From positions 2,503,575 through 2,567,574 of the forward strand of contig OZ224045.1 of the NCBI GenBank assembly GCA_963665325.3: 64,000 nt of DNA. Direction: 5' to 3'. A model generated the notes under the pieces. That model did not search any database. It worked only from the letters and a program-made list of their open reading frames with translations, and was not told the origin of the DNA. Position 1 is the stretch's first letter. Every line of letters starts with the position of its first letter. Position numbers and translations under genes: made by a program. Below are positions 10,023 to 18,937 of the stretch, one piece after another. The DNA is from Alphaproteobacteria bacterium (GTDB lineage: Bacteria; Pseudomonadota; Alphaproteobacteria; Bin95).

Positions 10023-10525
10023 TGGTTGAAATCCGGCCGATGCGGGCAGAGGACGGCCCGGCCGTGCTCGCGATCTATGCCGGCGGCATCGCCACCGGCC
10101 ATGCCAGCTTCCAGGAGACCGTGCCTGCCTGGGAAGAATGGGACGCCGGCCATCTCCAATGTTGCCGGCTCGTCGCCGAGCAGGAGGGGCGGGCAGTGGG
10201 CTGGGCCGCGCTCGCGCCGGTCTCCTCCCGGCCCGTCTATGCCGGCGTCGGGGAGGTCTCTATCTATCTGGCGGACGGGGAGCGCGGGCGTGGCGTTGGC
10301 GACCGGCTGCTCGGCGCGTTGATCGAAGCCTCGGAAGCGGCCGGGATCTGGACACTCCAGGCCGGCATCTTCCCGGAGAACGCGGCCAGCATTTCGCTCC
10401 ACCGCAAATTCGGCTTCCGCCAGGTCGGCGTCCGCGAACGTCTCGGCCGCATGACCCACGGCCCCCTCGCCGGCGAGTGGCGCGACGTCATGCTCTTGGA
10501 ACGCCGAAGCCCGGCAGTGGTTTGA
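10019..10525 (+). CDS. GNAT N-acetyltransferase (phosphinothricin acetyltransferase-like)
   Basis: [55 protein letters not shown]. Confidence 0.9.
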   Translation: MMVEIRPMRAEDGPAVLAIYAGGIATGHASFQETVPAWEEWDAGHLQCCRLVAEQEGRAVGWAALAPVSSRPVYAGVGEVSIYLADGERGRGVGDRLLGALIEASEAAGIWTLQAGIFPENAASISLHRKFGFRQVGVRERLGRMTHGPLAGEWRDVMLLERRSPAVV

Positions 10526-10562
10526 CCGCCGCTGCCTCCCGAAACAACTTCGGGGTTGGAAT

Positions 10563-11480
10563 TTACCGCGCCCTCGGATCGGCCGGGAAACCGGGCATGC
10601 CTTGGGAGCGGCGGACGGCTGCGCGGACGGCGTCCGCCACCGTCTGGGCTGCAAGTTCCGCGACCAGATCGAGGCCGGCCTCGACTTCGCCGGTTGCGAG
10701 CGTGAAGAGCGCATCGCCGTCGAGGCTGGTATGGGCCGGCGACACCGTCCGGGCGATGCCGGTATGGGCGAGGTCCGCGACCCGGCAGGCCTCGGGCTTC
10801 CGCAGCCGGGCGTTGGTTGCGATACAGCCGATGACGGTGTTGGACAGGCTGTCCGGCCGCGCACCGTAGGGATAGCGCGGCACATCGTCCGGCGCGCGGC
10901 AGCCGGCAAGCACCCGGCCGTCTTCGCCGACGACGCTGCCGAGCGCGTTTACCGCTACCAGAGCACCCACCGTGAGGTCGCCGGCCCGCCGCACGGCACT
11001 GCCCTGGCCGCCCTTGCTCGCCCATTCGATTCCCGCTTCCTTGCCGACAGTGCAGCCTGCGCCGACGCCGACCGATCCGTTCTCGGGCTCGTCTTCGTTC
11101 GCCGCCTCGCAGGCCGCCCGGCCCGCCTTGCGGTCGATGCGGCGCATGTCCGGGCTGCGTATGTCGAACACCACCGCCGCGCCCACGATGGGAAACCGGC
11201 CCGCCGCGAGCGCGAGTCCGATGCCCTGCGCCTCGCACCAGTCCACCACGCCGTCGGCGGCGCTGAGGCCGAACAGGCTCGACCCGCAAAGCACCACAGC
11301 ATGACAGGCCTCGTTCGGCGCTGTCGGGCCGAGAACGGCCGCCTCCCGCGTGCCGGGCGCACCGCCGCGCACTGCAATGCCACCCACGGTTCCCGCCGGG
11401 GGTAGGATTACGGTGCAACCGGTATGGTGCCCGGGATCGGTCCACATCCCGACCCGCACGCCTTCGACTCCGAGCGCCAT
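10563..11480 (-). CDS. DmpA/P1-family (S58) peptidase
   Basis: GVRVG, TGCTV, RGGAPGTRE, GSVGVGAGCTVGK, NTVIGCIATNA, HTSLDGD. Confidence 0.88.
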   Translation of the reverse strand: MALGVEGVRVGMWTDPGHHTGCTVILPPAGTVGGIAVRGGAPGTREAAVLGPTAPNEACHAVVLCGSSLFGLSAADGVVDWCEAQGIGLALAAGRFPIVGAAVVFDIRSPDMRRIDRKAGRAACEAANEDEPENGSVGVGAGCTVGKEAGIEWASKGGQGSAVRRAGDLTVGALVAVNALGSVVGEDGRVLAGCRAPDDVPRYPYGARPDSLSNTVIGCIATNARLRKPEACRVADLAHTGIARTVSPAHTSLDGDALFTLATGEVEAGLDLVAELAAQTVADAVRAAVRRSQGMPGFPADPRAR

Positions 11481-11620
11481 GACAACTCCGTCTTCCGTGG
11501 CCGGACTCAGCCCGGCCGGGTGCAAATTATCGTCAAGTCATGGCTTGAGAAGATGTGTTGCGACGGGTCCGATGGAAAATATTGTCTGCTGCACGCAGAA
11601 CACGTCGAAGGGAGGACGCT

Positions 11621-11914
11621 ATGAGCGGTATCGAGGCGGTGCCGACTGTGATGATCGAGAACGAGCGGGTGCGGGTGACGGAGTGGCGCTTCGCCCCCGG
11701 CGCGGAGACCGGCCATCACGTCCACGAATACGACTATGTCGTCGTGCCGATGACCACGGGAACGCTGCGCCTGGTCGAGCCCGACGGAACGCGCGACGCC
11801 CGGCTGGTCTCCGGCAGGCCATACGACCGGCCGCGCGGCGTCGCGCATAATGTCATCAATGCGAGCGGCGCCGAGTTCGTGTTCATCGAGGTCGAGCTGA
11901 TGGAGAACGGCTGA
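11621..11914 (+). CDS. Small cupin-domain protein (BauB-like)
   Basis: ENERVRVTEWRFAPGAETGHHVHEYDYVVVP...GVAHNVIN...FIEVEL; GGAGG RBS. Confidence 0.85.
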   Translation: MSGIEAVPTVMIENERVRVTEWRFAPGAETGHHVHEYDYVVVPMTTGTLRLVEPDGTRDARLVSGRPYDRPRGVAHNVINASGAEFVFIEVELMENG

Positions 11915-12039
11915 CTCTCGGTCCCCGTCAGGCCTGGAAAGCGGACTCCCCCCGGTCCCGGCCGCAAGCCGAAAGGGGAGGAAAGGCGGCGCTCCAAACG
12001 GTTTTGTCCGCAATTGTAGAATAAATTCCCGATTCTGGC

Positions 12040-12110
12040 TTGACATGAGAGAAAATGTGCTAGAATGTCGGTAGAGGGAAGGCGGCTTCCGGGGCTGCCT
12101 TTCGTTTTTC
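12040..12110 (+). promoter_or_regulatory. Promoter-like motif plus terminator-like hairpin (module copy 1)
   Basis: TTGACA 12040-45, TG-C-TAGAAT 12058-66, then AAGGCGGCTTCCGGGGCTGCCTT followed by TCGTTTTT. Confidence 0.55.
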
Positions 12111-12367
12111 TGCGCAGGAGAGCGGCTGGGGCCGAAAACCCCCGGCGGAGTGCGAGGGAGAGGTGCGTCCTCCGCCTCGCGCGCGCAATCAGGCGCGCGA
12201 ACCGCGCCGGCGCCGACGCGCCCGCCCGCCCGCGCGCGATACGCGCGAAACAGGGACCCGCCGCCCGGGGGGCGCCGGCGGCGGGGAGGTGGAACGGAGT
12301 GGAACGAAACGCGATTGAGGAGCGATATGCGGAAACGGAGCGGCAAAGCCTGGCGAAGGCTGCGGCT

Positions 12368-12393
12368 CATGACGGAACATGACATATCATGAC
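12368..12393 (+). repeat. CATGAC direct repeats x3 with 10-bp period
   Basis: CATGAC at 12368, 12378, 12388. Confidence 0.85.
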
Positions 12394-12510
12394 ATTTCGC
12401 GGAGTGGCCGCGGACATGCGAAGCGGCAGCGCCGCGAGACGTTACCGGGGTTGCGCGTATCGGGCTATGCTGCGCGCGGACCGGCCCGCTGGAGGAGGAC
12501 TATCGAGCCC

Positions 12511-13398
12511 ATGCCCTATGCAACGACCGATGACGGGGTGCGCCTGTATTACGAGGAGGCGGGGTCGGGGACCGCGGTCGTCTTCGTGCACGAGTTCGCA
12601 GGCGACATGCGCTCCTGGGAGCCGCAGATGCGGCATTTCGCACATCGATACCGCGTGCTCGCCTACAATGCGCGCGGCTATCCGCCCTCCGAGGTGCCGG
12701 AGGAGCCCGCCAAATACAGCCAGACGCGGGCCGCGGACGACATCGCCGCCGTGATGGATGCGGCGGGCATCTACCGGGCGCATGTCTGCGGGCTGTCCAA
12801 GGGCGGGTTCGCCACCTTGCATTTCGGCTTCCGCCACCCGGCCCGCGCGATCTCCCTGGTCGTGGCCGGTTGCGGCTACGGGGCGGAACCCGACAAGCGC
12901 GATCAGTTCAAGGCGGAGGCCGAGGCGACGGCGCAGCTGATCGAGCGGGACGGCATGGACGCGTTCGCCGATATCTACTCGAAAGGGCCGACCCGCGTGC
13001 AGTTCGAGAACAAGGACCCGCGCGGCTGGCGCGAGTTCCGCGACCAGTTGGCCGAACATTCGCAGGCGGGCGCGGCGGCCACCATGCGCGGCCTCCAGGC
13101 GCGGCGGCCTTCGCTCTACGACCTCACGGACGAGATGGCGGCGCTCCGCGTGCCGACCCTGGTGCTGACCGGCGACGAGGACTGGCCCTGCCTGCTGCCC
13201 GGCGTGCTGATGAAGCAGACCATTCCCTCGGCGGCGCTCTCGGTCATGGTCAATTGCGGCCACACCATCAATATCGAGGACCCGGACCAGTTCAACCGCA
13301 TCTGCGGGGACTTCTTCGCCCAGGTCGATGCCGGCCGCTGGCCGGAACGCGACCCCCGCGCGGTGACCGGCTCGATCCTCGGCGTCGAGGCGAAATAG
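12511..13398 (+). CDS. Alpha/beta fold hydrolase
   Basis: LYYEEAGSG, FVHEFAGD, YNARGYPPS, GLSKGG nucleophile elbow, GDED, GHTINIE. Confidence 0.9.
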   Translation: MPYATTDDGVRLYYEEAGSGTAVVFVHEFAGDMRSWEPQMRHFAHRYRVLAYNARGYPPSEVPEEPAKYSQTRAADDIAAVMDAAGIYRAHVCGLSKGGFATLHFGFRHPARAISLVVAGCGYGAEPDKRDQFKAEAEATAQLIERDGMDAFADIYSKGPTRVQFENKDPRGWREFRDQLAEHSQAGAAATMRGLQARRPSLYDLTDEMAALRVPTLVLTGDEDWPCLLPGVLMKQTIPSAALSVMVNCGHTINIEDPDQFNRICGDFFAQVDAGRWPERDPRAVTGSILGVEAK

Positions 13399-13440
13399 GG
13401 CGCAAGCCCGGCGCCGTCGACAGGCGATTCGTGCCGGGAT

Positions 13441-13510
13441 TTGACACGGGATAAACCGTGGTAAGCCGGGAGTAGAGAAGAGGCGGCCTCCGGGGCCGCC
13501 TTTTCGATTC
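13441..13510 (+). promoter_or_regulatory. Promoter-like motif plus terminator-like hairpin (module copy 2)
   Basis: TTGACA 13441-46, GTG 13458-60, GTAGAG 13472-77, AGGCGGCC-TCCGG-GGCCGCCT followed by TTT; aligns without gaps to 12040-12102. Confidence 0.5.
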
Positions 13511-13578
13511 TGTAACGTGAAGGAGCCGAAGAGCTATGCCGAAAATGGACGGAGGACACGCACCCGCCGCCGCGACCT

Positions 13579-13614
13579 CATGACATCGCATGACGAAACA
13601 TGACACTTCATGAC
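13579..13614 (+). repeat. CATGAC direct repeats x4 with 10-bp period
   Basis: CATGAC at 13579, 13589, 13599, 13609. Confidence 0.85.
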
Positions 13615-13692
13615 ATCGCGCAGGATGTTCACGCCGGCGCGGCCCATCAGGGCTTTACCGGGTTCCGAGAAGCTCTCCCGCGAGCCGAAGCG

Positions 13693-14757
13693 TCATGCAG
13701 CGGCTGCGGCTTCCAGCGCGTCGAGCGGAGCGGTCGGCTTGACATGCGCCGGCAGCTGGAGACCGAGCGGCCGTCCGGTCGCGGGATCGCGTCCGTGGCG
13801 GCGGAAGAACGGCTCTGGGACGGCGCGCCCGTCCGGCACGGCCAGCCAGATCCGGTAGAGGTGGCGGTTCCGACCCGGAAGTTCCTCATAGGCGGTGCGT
13901 GTGTGCAGGACGGCGAGATTGTCGATCCACTGGATGTCGCCGGGCTGGAAGTCCATGTCGAGTCGGAGATCCTTCTCGGCGGCGGTCAGCTCCAGCAGGT
14001 CCAGCGCTTCGACCTGCGCCCGGGTCAGTTCGGGCGCGCCGTCGTGCCGTGTGCAGGAATCGATGAAGCGGCGCACCAGATTGACCGTCATGCGCCCGTC
14101 GGCCGCCTGCATGAAGACCGGCATCTCGTACCAGGGAAGCTGGCCTTCCACCTCCTCGCCGCGCCGGTCGATCAGGAAGGGCTCGGCCAGCACCTTCGCT
14201 GCGTCCGGTCGGCGTTCGAGGATGCGGTTCCAGACCGCGCCGGCGCTGACGATGCTGGACAGGCCGCCCTTCCGCGCCGGAACGAGGCAGAACAGCCCGA
14301 CGATCTCCGCGCCGATATCGGTGTGGAAGGGCAGTTCGGCCGAAGACTGGTAGCCGCGCTTGTTGGGCGCCCAGGCGTCGATGCCGAGGTCCTTCACATG
14401 GCCGAGAAGGTGCCCGAGCGGATTCTGGCAGACGGGCGTGCCGATTCGCGACCCGACGGCCCAGAAGGCGCGCGCGGCCACCTCGCGCGGCCAGCGGTCC
14501 ACCGGCAGGCCGCGCATCAGCGCGAAGCCGCAGCCCTCGACGACGGCATCGCGCATTTCCTTGAGGCGCGCATCGAGGCGCGGCAGGGGCAGGTCGTCGC
14601 GGGTAAGCGCGGTCAGGTCGCGGTCGAGGGCCGCCGTTGCAGCAGACTCCAGCTCGGCGATCTCTCCGGCGTCGAGCGTCACGATCCAGTCGTCCCGCTG
14701 CATCAGTTCGCCCCCGTGCCAGACGGACGGGCCGGCGATGGGTTCGAGCGCCGTCAT
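13693..14757 (-). CDS. TauD/TfdA-like (CAS-type) dioxygenase
   Basis: LPFHTD, GGLSSIVS, FQPGDIQWIDNLAVLHTRTAY, RHLYRIWL. Confidence 0.85.
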   Translation of the reverse strand: MTALEPIAGPSVWHGGELMQRDDWIVTLDAGEIAELESAATAALDRDLTALTRDDLPLPRLDARLKEMRDAVVEGCGFALMRGLPVDRWPREVAARAFWAVGSRIGTPVCQNPLGHLLGHVKDLGIDAWAPNKRGYQSSAELPFHTDIGAEIVGLFCLVPARKGGLSSIVSAGAVWNRILERRPDAAKVLAEPFLIDRRGEEVEGQLPWYEMPVFMQAADGRMTVNLVRRFIDSCTRHDGAPELTRAQVEALDLLELTAAEKDLRLDMDFQPGDIQWIDNLAVLHTRTAYEELPGRNRHLYRIWLAVPDGRAVPEPFFRRHGRDPATGRPLGLQLPAHVKPTAPLDALEAAAAA

Positions 14758-14772
14758 GAATCTTCCTCCCGC

Positions 14773-16035
14773 TTATGCGCCGGTTTGCGCGATGTCCCGG
14801 CGGCAGAATGCGCCCGGCCAGTCTATCGCATCGACGCCGCGATAGGCCAGCGCCCGCGCCTCGCCGCGGGTCGCGCCGGCCGCGCAAACGCCCAGCACCC
14901 GGCCTCCGGTAGCGAGAACGCGGCTGCCTTCGCCCGCTGCCGTGCCGGCATGAAAAACAGTGACGCCATCCGGCACACGGTCGAGGCCCGCGATCTCGCC
15001 GCCCCGCTCATACGGGCCCGGATAGCCCCCGTTCGCCATGACCACGCAGACCGACGCCTCATCCGACCAGCGGAGATCGACATGGGAAAGGTTGCCCTCC
15101 GCCGCCGCCAGCAGGGCGGGCAGCAGGTCCGAGCGCAGCCGCAGCATCAGCGCCTGCGTCTCCGGGTCGCCGAACCGTACATTGAACTCCAGCAGCTTCA
15201 GGTCCCCCTCCTCTACCATCAGCCCGGCGAACAGCACGCCGCGATAGGGCGTGCCGTCCGCCGCCATCTGCCGGACCGCCGGAATGAAGATTTCCCGCTC
15301 GATCCTGGCCGCCAGTTCCGGCGTCACCGGCGGCGCGGGCGAGTGGCTGCCCATGCCGCCGGTATTGGGTCCGGTATCGTCTTCGCCGACCCGCTTGTAG
15401 TCCTGGGCCGTCTCAAGCATCAGCACGCGCTCGCCGTCCGCCAGCGCGAAGGCGCTCACCTCCTCGCCCGCAAGGCAGTCCTCGACCACGACCGTCGCGC
15501 CCGCCTCGCCGAAGGCGCGGTCGATCATGGCGGCGCACACGGCGGCTTCCGCTTCCTCGACCGTAACGGCGACGGTCACGCCCTTGCCCGCGGCCAGGCC
15601 GTCCGCTTTCACCACGACCGGCGCTCCGCGCGCGCGGATATGCGCAAGGGCGGCATCGGCATCGTCGAAGACCGCAAAACCGGCGGTGGGAATACCGGCG
15701 CGATGGGTGAGGTCCTTCATGAACGCCTTGGAGCTTTCGAGCCGCGCCGCTGCCCGGTCCGGCCCGAACACCGGAATGCCGTCCTGCCTCAGGCGGTCCG
15801 CCAGGCCCGCCGCCAGCGGCGCTTCCGGTCCGACGACGACGAGGTCCATACGTTCCCGCTGCGCCAGCGCTGCAAGACCTTCGATATCCTCGGCGGTAAC
15901 GGGCACGCATTCGGCTTCATCAGCGATGCCGGGGTTGCCTGGCGCGCAGTAAAGCCGCTCCACCAGCGGCGAGGCTGCAATCGTCCAGGCGAGCGCATGT
16001 TCGCGCCCGCCGCCGCCCACCACCAGAACCCTCAT
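14773..16035 (-). CDS. purD: Phosphoribosylamine--glycine ligase
   Basis: MRVLVVGGGGREHALAW, VVKADGLAAGKGV, GPNTGGMG, EFNVRFGDPETQ. Confidence 0.97.
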   Translation of the reverse strand: MRVLVVGGGGREHALAWTIAASPLVERLYCAPGNPGIADEAECVPVTAEDIEGLAALAQRERMDLVVVGPEAPLAAGLADRLRQDGIPVFGPDRAAARLESSKAFMKDLTHRAGIPTAGFAVFDDADAALAHIRARGAPVVVKADGLAAGKGVTVAVTVEEAEAAVCAAMIDRAFGEAGATVVVEDCLAGEEVSAFALADGERVLMLETAQDYKRVGEDDTGPNTGGMGSHSPAPPVTPELAARIEREIFIPAVRQMAADGTPYRGVLFAGLMVEEGDLKLLEFNVRFGDPETQALMLRLRSDLLPALLAAAEGNLSHVDLRWSDEASVCVVMANGGYPGPYERGGEIAGLDRVPDGVTVFHAGTAAGEGSRVLATGGRVLGVCAAGATRGEARALAYRGVDAIDWPGAFCRRDIAQTGA

Positions 16036-16076
16036 GGCCTTCACGCCCTCCCGATTCGCGTGTATCTCCAGCGCCC

Positions 16077-17528
16077 ATGAACGACGCGCCGCCACTCTCC
16101 AACATACCGGAATACAGTGTCGGCGAGGTCTCGGCGGCCGTTCGCCGAAATCTGGAGGCCGAATTTCCGCGCGTCCGCGTGCGCGGCGAGGTTTCGGGCT
16201 TCAAGCGCGCAGCCTCAGGCCATCTCTATTTCAACCTGAAGGATGACCGGGACGTGCTCAACGCCGTGTGCTGGCGCGGTGCGGCCGGACGGCTCGGGCT
16301 CCGGCCCGAGGACGGCATGGAAGTGGTCGCAACCGGGCGGGTGACGGCCTACGGCGCGCGCTCCAGCTACCAGCTCGTCGTGGACGCGCTCGATCTCGCG
16401 GGCGAAGGGGCGCTTCTGAAGCTCCTGGAGGAACGCCGCCGCCGCCTCGCGGAAGAGGGGCTGTTCGACGCGGACCGCAAGCGGGAAATACCATTCCTGC
16501 CGGAGCGAATCGGTATCGTCACGTCGCTGGGCGGCGCGGTGCTGCACGATATCCTGCACCGGCTGCGCGAGCGTTTCCCCCGCCATGCGCTTGTCTGGCC
16601 GGTTCCTGTGCAGGGCGAGGGCGCCGCCGACAAGATAGCAGCCGCCATAGACGGCATGGGCGCGCTGCCGCCGGGCATGGCTCCGGATGTGCTGATCGTG
16701 GCGCGCGGCGGCGGCTCTCTGGAAGACCTCTGGGCCTTCAACGAGGAGACGGTCGTGCGCGCGGCTGCCCGTTCTTCTGTCCCGCTGATCTCGGCTGTCG
16801 GCCACGAGACCGATACGACGCTGATCGATTTCGCTGCCGACCTGCGGGCGCCGACGCCGACGGCGGCGGCCGAGCTGGCAGTACCGGTCCGCGCCGAACT
16901 CCTTGCCAGGACGGCAGGGCAGGGAGAACGGCTTCTGACGGCGGGAGCCCGCGTCGTGGAAGAGCGCCGCGCACAGGTCGCCGGCCTCGCGCGAGGCTTG
17001 CCGGCTCCTACTGCCTTGCTCGAACAGGCAGGCCAGCGGCTGGACGACAGGGGCGAGCGCATGGACGCAGGGCTCCGCGCCCGGGTGGCCCTCGCAGCCG
17101 CAGGGCTCTCGGAACTCTCCGCGCGATTCGGACAGCCGCGCGCGCTTATGGAGAAGCAGGAAGAGCGTGTGGCGACGCTGGGCGCGGCTTTCCTGCGTAC
17201 CGGACGGCAGTTGGTGGAGGCGCAGGCGCACCGGTTGGACCGCATCGATGCCGGCCGTCGCCTGCCGGCGGCCTGGGAGCGCATCGCGGAGAACGCAACA
17301 GCCGGCCTCAACCGGGCTGGCGCGCTGCTGGAGAGTTCCTCCTATCGTCGAGTGCTGGAACGTGGCTTTGCGCTGGTCCGTGACGAACAGGGCCCGATTG
17401 TCTCGGCGGCAGAAGCCCGCAAGCGCGGGCGGGTCGAGATCGTCTTCGCAGACGGCGAGGCGGCGGCCCGCATCGTCAACGACGGAGCGGGCCGCGCGCG
17501 CAAGCCGGACCAGGGCTCGCTGTTCTGA
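16077..17528 (+). CDS. xseA: Exodeoxyribonuclease VII large subunit
   Basis: VRGEVSG, SGHLYFNLKD, ARGGGSLEDLWAFNEE, SAVGHETD, APTPTAAAE. Confidence 0.97.
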   Translation: MNDAPPLSNIPEYSVGEVSAAVRRNLEAEFPRVRVRGEVSGFKRAASGHLYFNLKDDRDVLNAVCWRGAAGRLGLRPEDGMEVVATGRVTAYGARSSYQLVVDALDLAGEGALLKLLEERRRRLAEEGLFDADRKREIPFLPERIGIVTSLGGAVLHDILHRLRERFPRHALVWPVPVQGEGAADKIAAAIDGMGALPPGMAPDVLIVARGGGSLEDLWAFNEETVVRAAARSSVPLISAVGHETDTTLIDFAADLRAPTPTAAAELAVPVRAELLARTAGQGERLLTAGARVVEERRAQVAGLARGLPAPTALLEQAGQRLDDRGERMDAGLRARVALAAAGLSELSARFGQPRALMEKQEERVATLGAAFLRTGRQLVEAQAHRLDRIDAGRRLPAAWERIAENATAGLNRAGALLESSSYRRVLERGFALVRDEQGPIVSAAEARKRGRVEIVFADGEAAARIVNDGAGRARKPDQGSLF

Positions 17529-17538
17529 GCCTGCCGGT

Positions 17539-18165
17539 TCAGGTCAGCGGAATGCCGGCGACATGTTCGGCAAAGGCCGGGCGCTCGGCCAGCCGGGCTA
17601 GCCAGGCGTCGCAATTGGGCAGGCTTGCGCGTTCGATGACTGGCAAGCGGGTATAGCGACAGTAGAAGGCGCCAACCGGGATATCGCCCATGGTGAAGCG
17701 GTGGCCGGCGACGAAGTCGCGGTCGGCAAGATGGGCGTCGAGAATGCCCCAGATCGATTGCAGCGCTGCAGCGGCGCGTTGGATCGCACCCATGTCGCGT
17801 TCGGCTTCCGGCGTGCGGACCACGCCCCAGAAGACGGGCGTCATCTGCGGCTGGAGCGAGGCGACTGCCCAGTCCATCCAGCGGTCGGCGAGCGTTCGCT
17901 CCGCCGGGTCCTCCGGCCAAAGCCCGCCGGCGTCGTGGATCGCGCCCAGATAGCGGACGATCGTATGGCTTTCCCAGATGACCGTGTCGCCATCGACCAG
18001 CACCGGCACCAGGCCGTTCGGGTTCATGGCGCGGTATTCCGGCGTGTCGTTGCCGCCGAATTGCCCGCCGACATCGAGGCGCTCATGGGCCAGCCCGATC
18101 TCGCCGACCGCCCACATCGCCTTCTGCACATTGATCGAGTTGGGGCGTCCGTGAATTGTGAGCAT
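17539..18165 (-). CDS. Glutathione S-transferase family protein
   Basis: GRPNSINVQK, MNPNGLVP, WESHTIVRYL, FTMGDIP. Confidence 0.92.
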   Translation of the reverse strand: MLTIHGRPNSINVQKAMWAVGEIGLAHERLDVGGQFGGNDTPEYRAMNPNGLVPVLVDGDTVIWESHTIVRYLGAIHDAGGLWPEDPAERTLADRWMDWAVASLQPQMTPVFWGVVRTPEAERDMGAIQRAAAALQSIWGILDAHLADRDFVAGHRFTMGDIPVGAFYCRYTRLPVIERASLPNCDAWLARLAERPAFAEHVAGIPLT

Positions 18166-18170
18166 CCCGG

Positions 18171-18824
18171 CTACTCCCCGTCGCCCGCGGCGGAACCGAG
18201 TGCCTCCCAGGGCTCGCCCCAGCGGTCGAGATAGACGATTTCCTCGAGCGGCCCTCGCCCGACCGGGCCGAAATTGCCCATCGGCCAGCCGATGGGAAGG
18301 ATGGCATAGGATTCCACGCCGGGTGGCAGGCCGAGCGCCCGTTCACTCTCTTCCTCGAACAAGAGATGGCGGGTGGTCAGCGTCGAGCCGAGACCGAGCC
18401 CGCGCGCCGCCAGCAGCATGTTCTGTACTGCCGGATAGATCGAAGCGCCCGACATGCGGGTCGGCGCCTCGCCTTCCGCCAGGCAGGCGACGATCCAGAC
18501 CGGCGCCTCGTCGAAATGCTCGGTCAGGTATTCCACGGCGTCGTGCTGGCGGTGGTATTTCGCCGCCGAACTACCAGGCGGCGGTGCGCTCTGCTTGTAA
18601 CGCGGTCCGATGATCTCGTCGAAGGCGCGCTGGTAGTGCACTTTGACCGCCTGCTTGATCGCCCGGTCCTTGATGACCAGGAAGCGCCAGCGCTGGAAAT
18701 TGCCGCCGTTCGCGGCAGAAGCGCCAGCCTCCAGGATCTTGCGGATCAGCTCGTCCGGCACCGGGTCCGGCTTCAGCCGGCGCATGGCGCGGGTGCCGTG
18801 CAGGACTTCAAAGAGTTCGGGCAT
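18171..18824 (-). CDS. Nitroreductase family protein
   Basis: TRAMRRLKPDPVP, GGNFQRWRF, GASIYPAVQNMLLAARGLGLG. Confidence 0.9.
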   Translation of the reverse strand: MPELFEVLHGTRAMRRLKPDPVPDELIRKILEAGASAANGGNFQRWRFLVIKDRAIKQAVKVHYQRAFDEIIGPRYKQSAPPPGSSAAKYHRQHDAVEYLTEHFDEAPVWIVACLAEGEAPTRMSGASIYPAVQNMLLAARGLGLGSTLTTRHLLFEEESERALGLPPGVESYAILPIGWPMGNFGPVGRGPLEEIVYLDRWGEPWEALGSAAGDGE

Positions 18825-18937
18825 GAGATCGAGGGCCTCCGTCCGTGTTTCGGGATGCGGCAGATGCGGAAGGCTTATGGATAGAGGCTTTCGGCAGCCG
18901 ACGGAAGCGGGACGCGCAGGGCGTCGGGAGCCTTCTG

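Noticed and set aside
11621-11914. DMSP lyase (DddK/DddW-type cupin)
   Set aside because: Motifs fit the small BauB-like cupins better; no specific support
12065-12392. Arg/Ala-rich ORFs in the 12-kb intergenic region
   Set aside because: Low-complexity translations of the repeat module; not conserved in the second copy
13600-16080. 826-aa plus-strand ORF and similar long ORFs (3096-4991, 19987-21513, 54363-56159)
   Set aside because: Antisense shadows of well-supported genes in high-GC DNA, with no recognisable motifs
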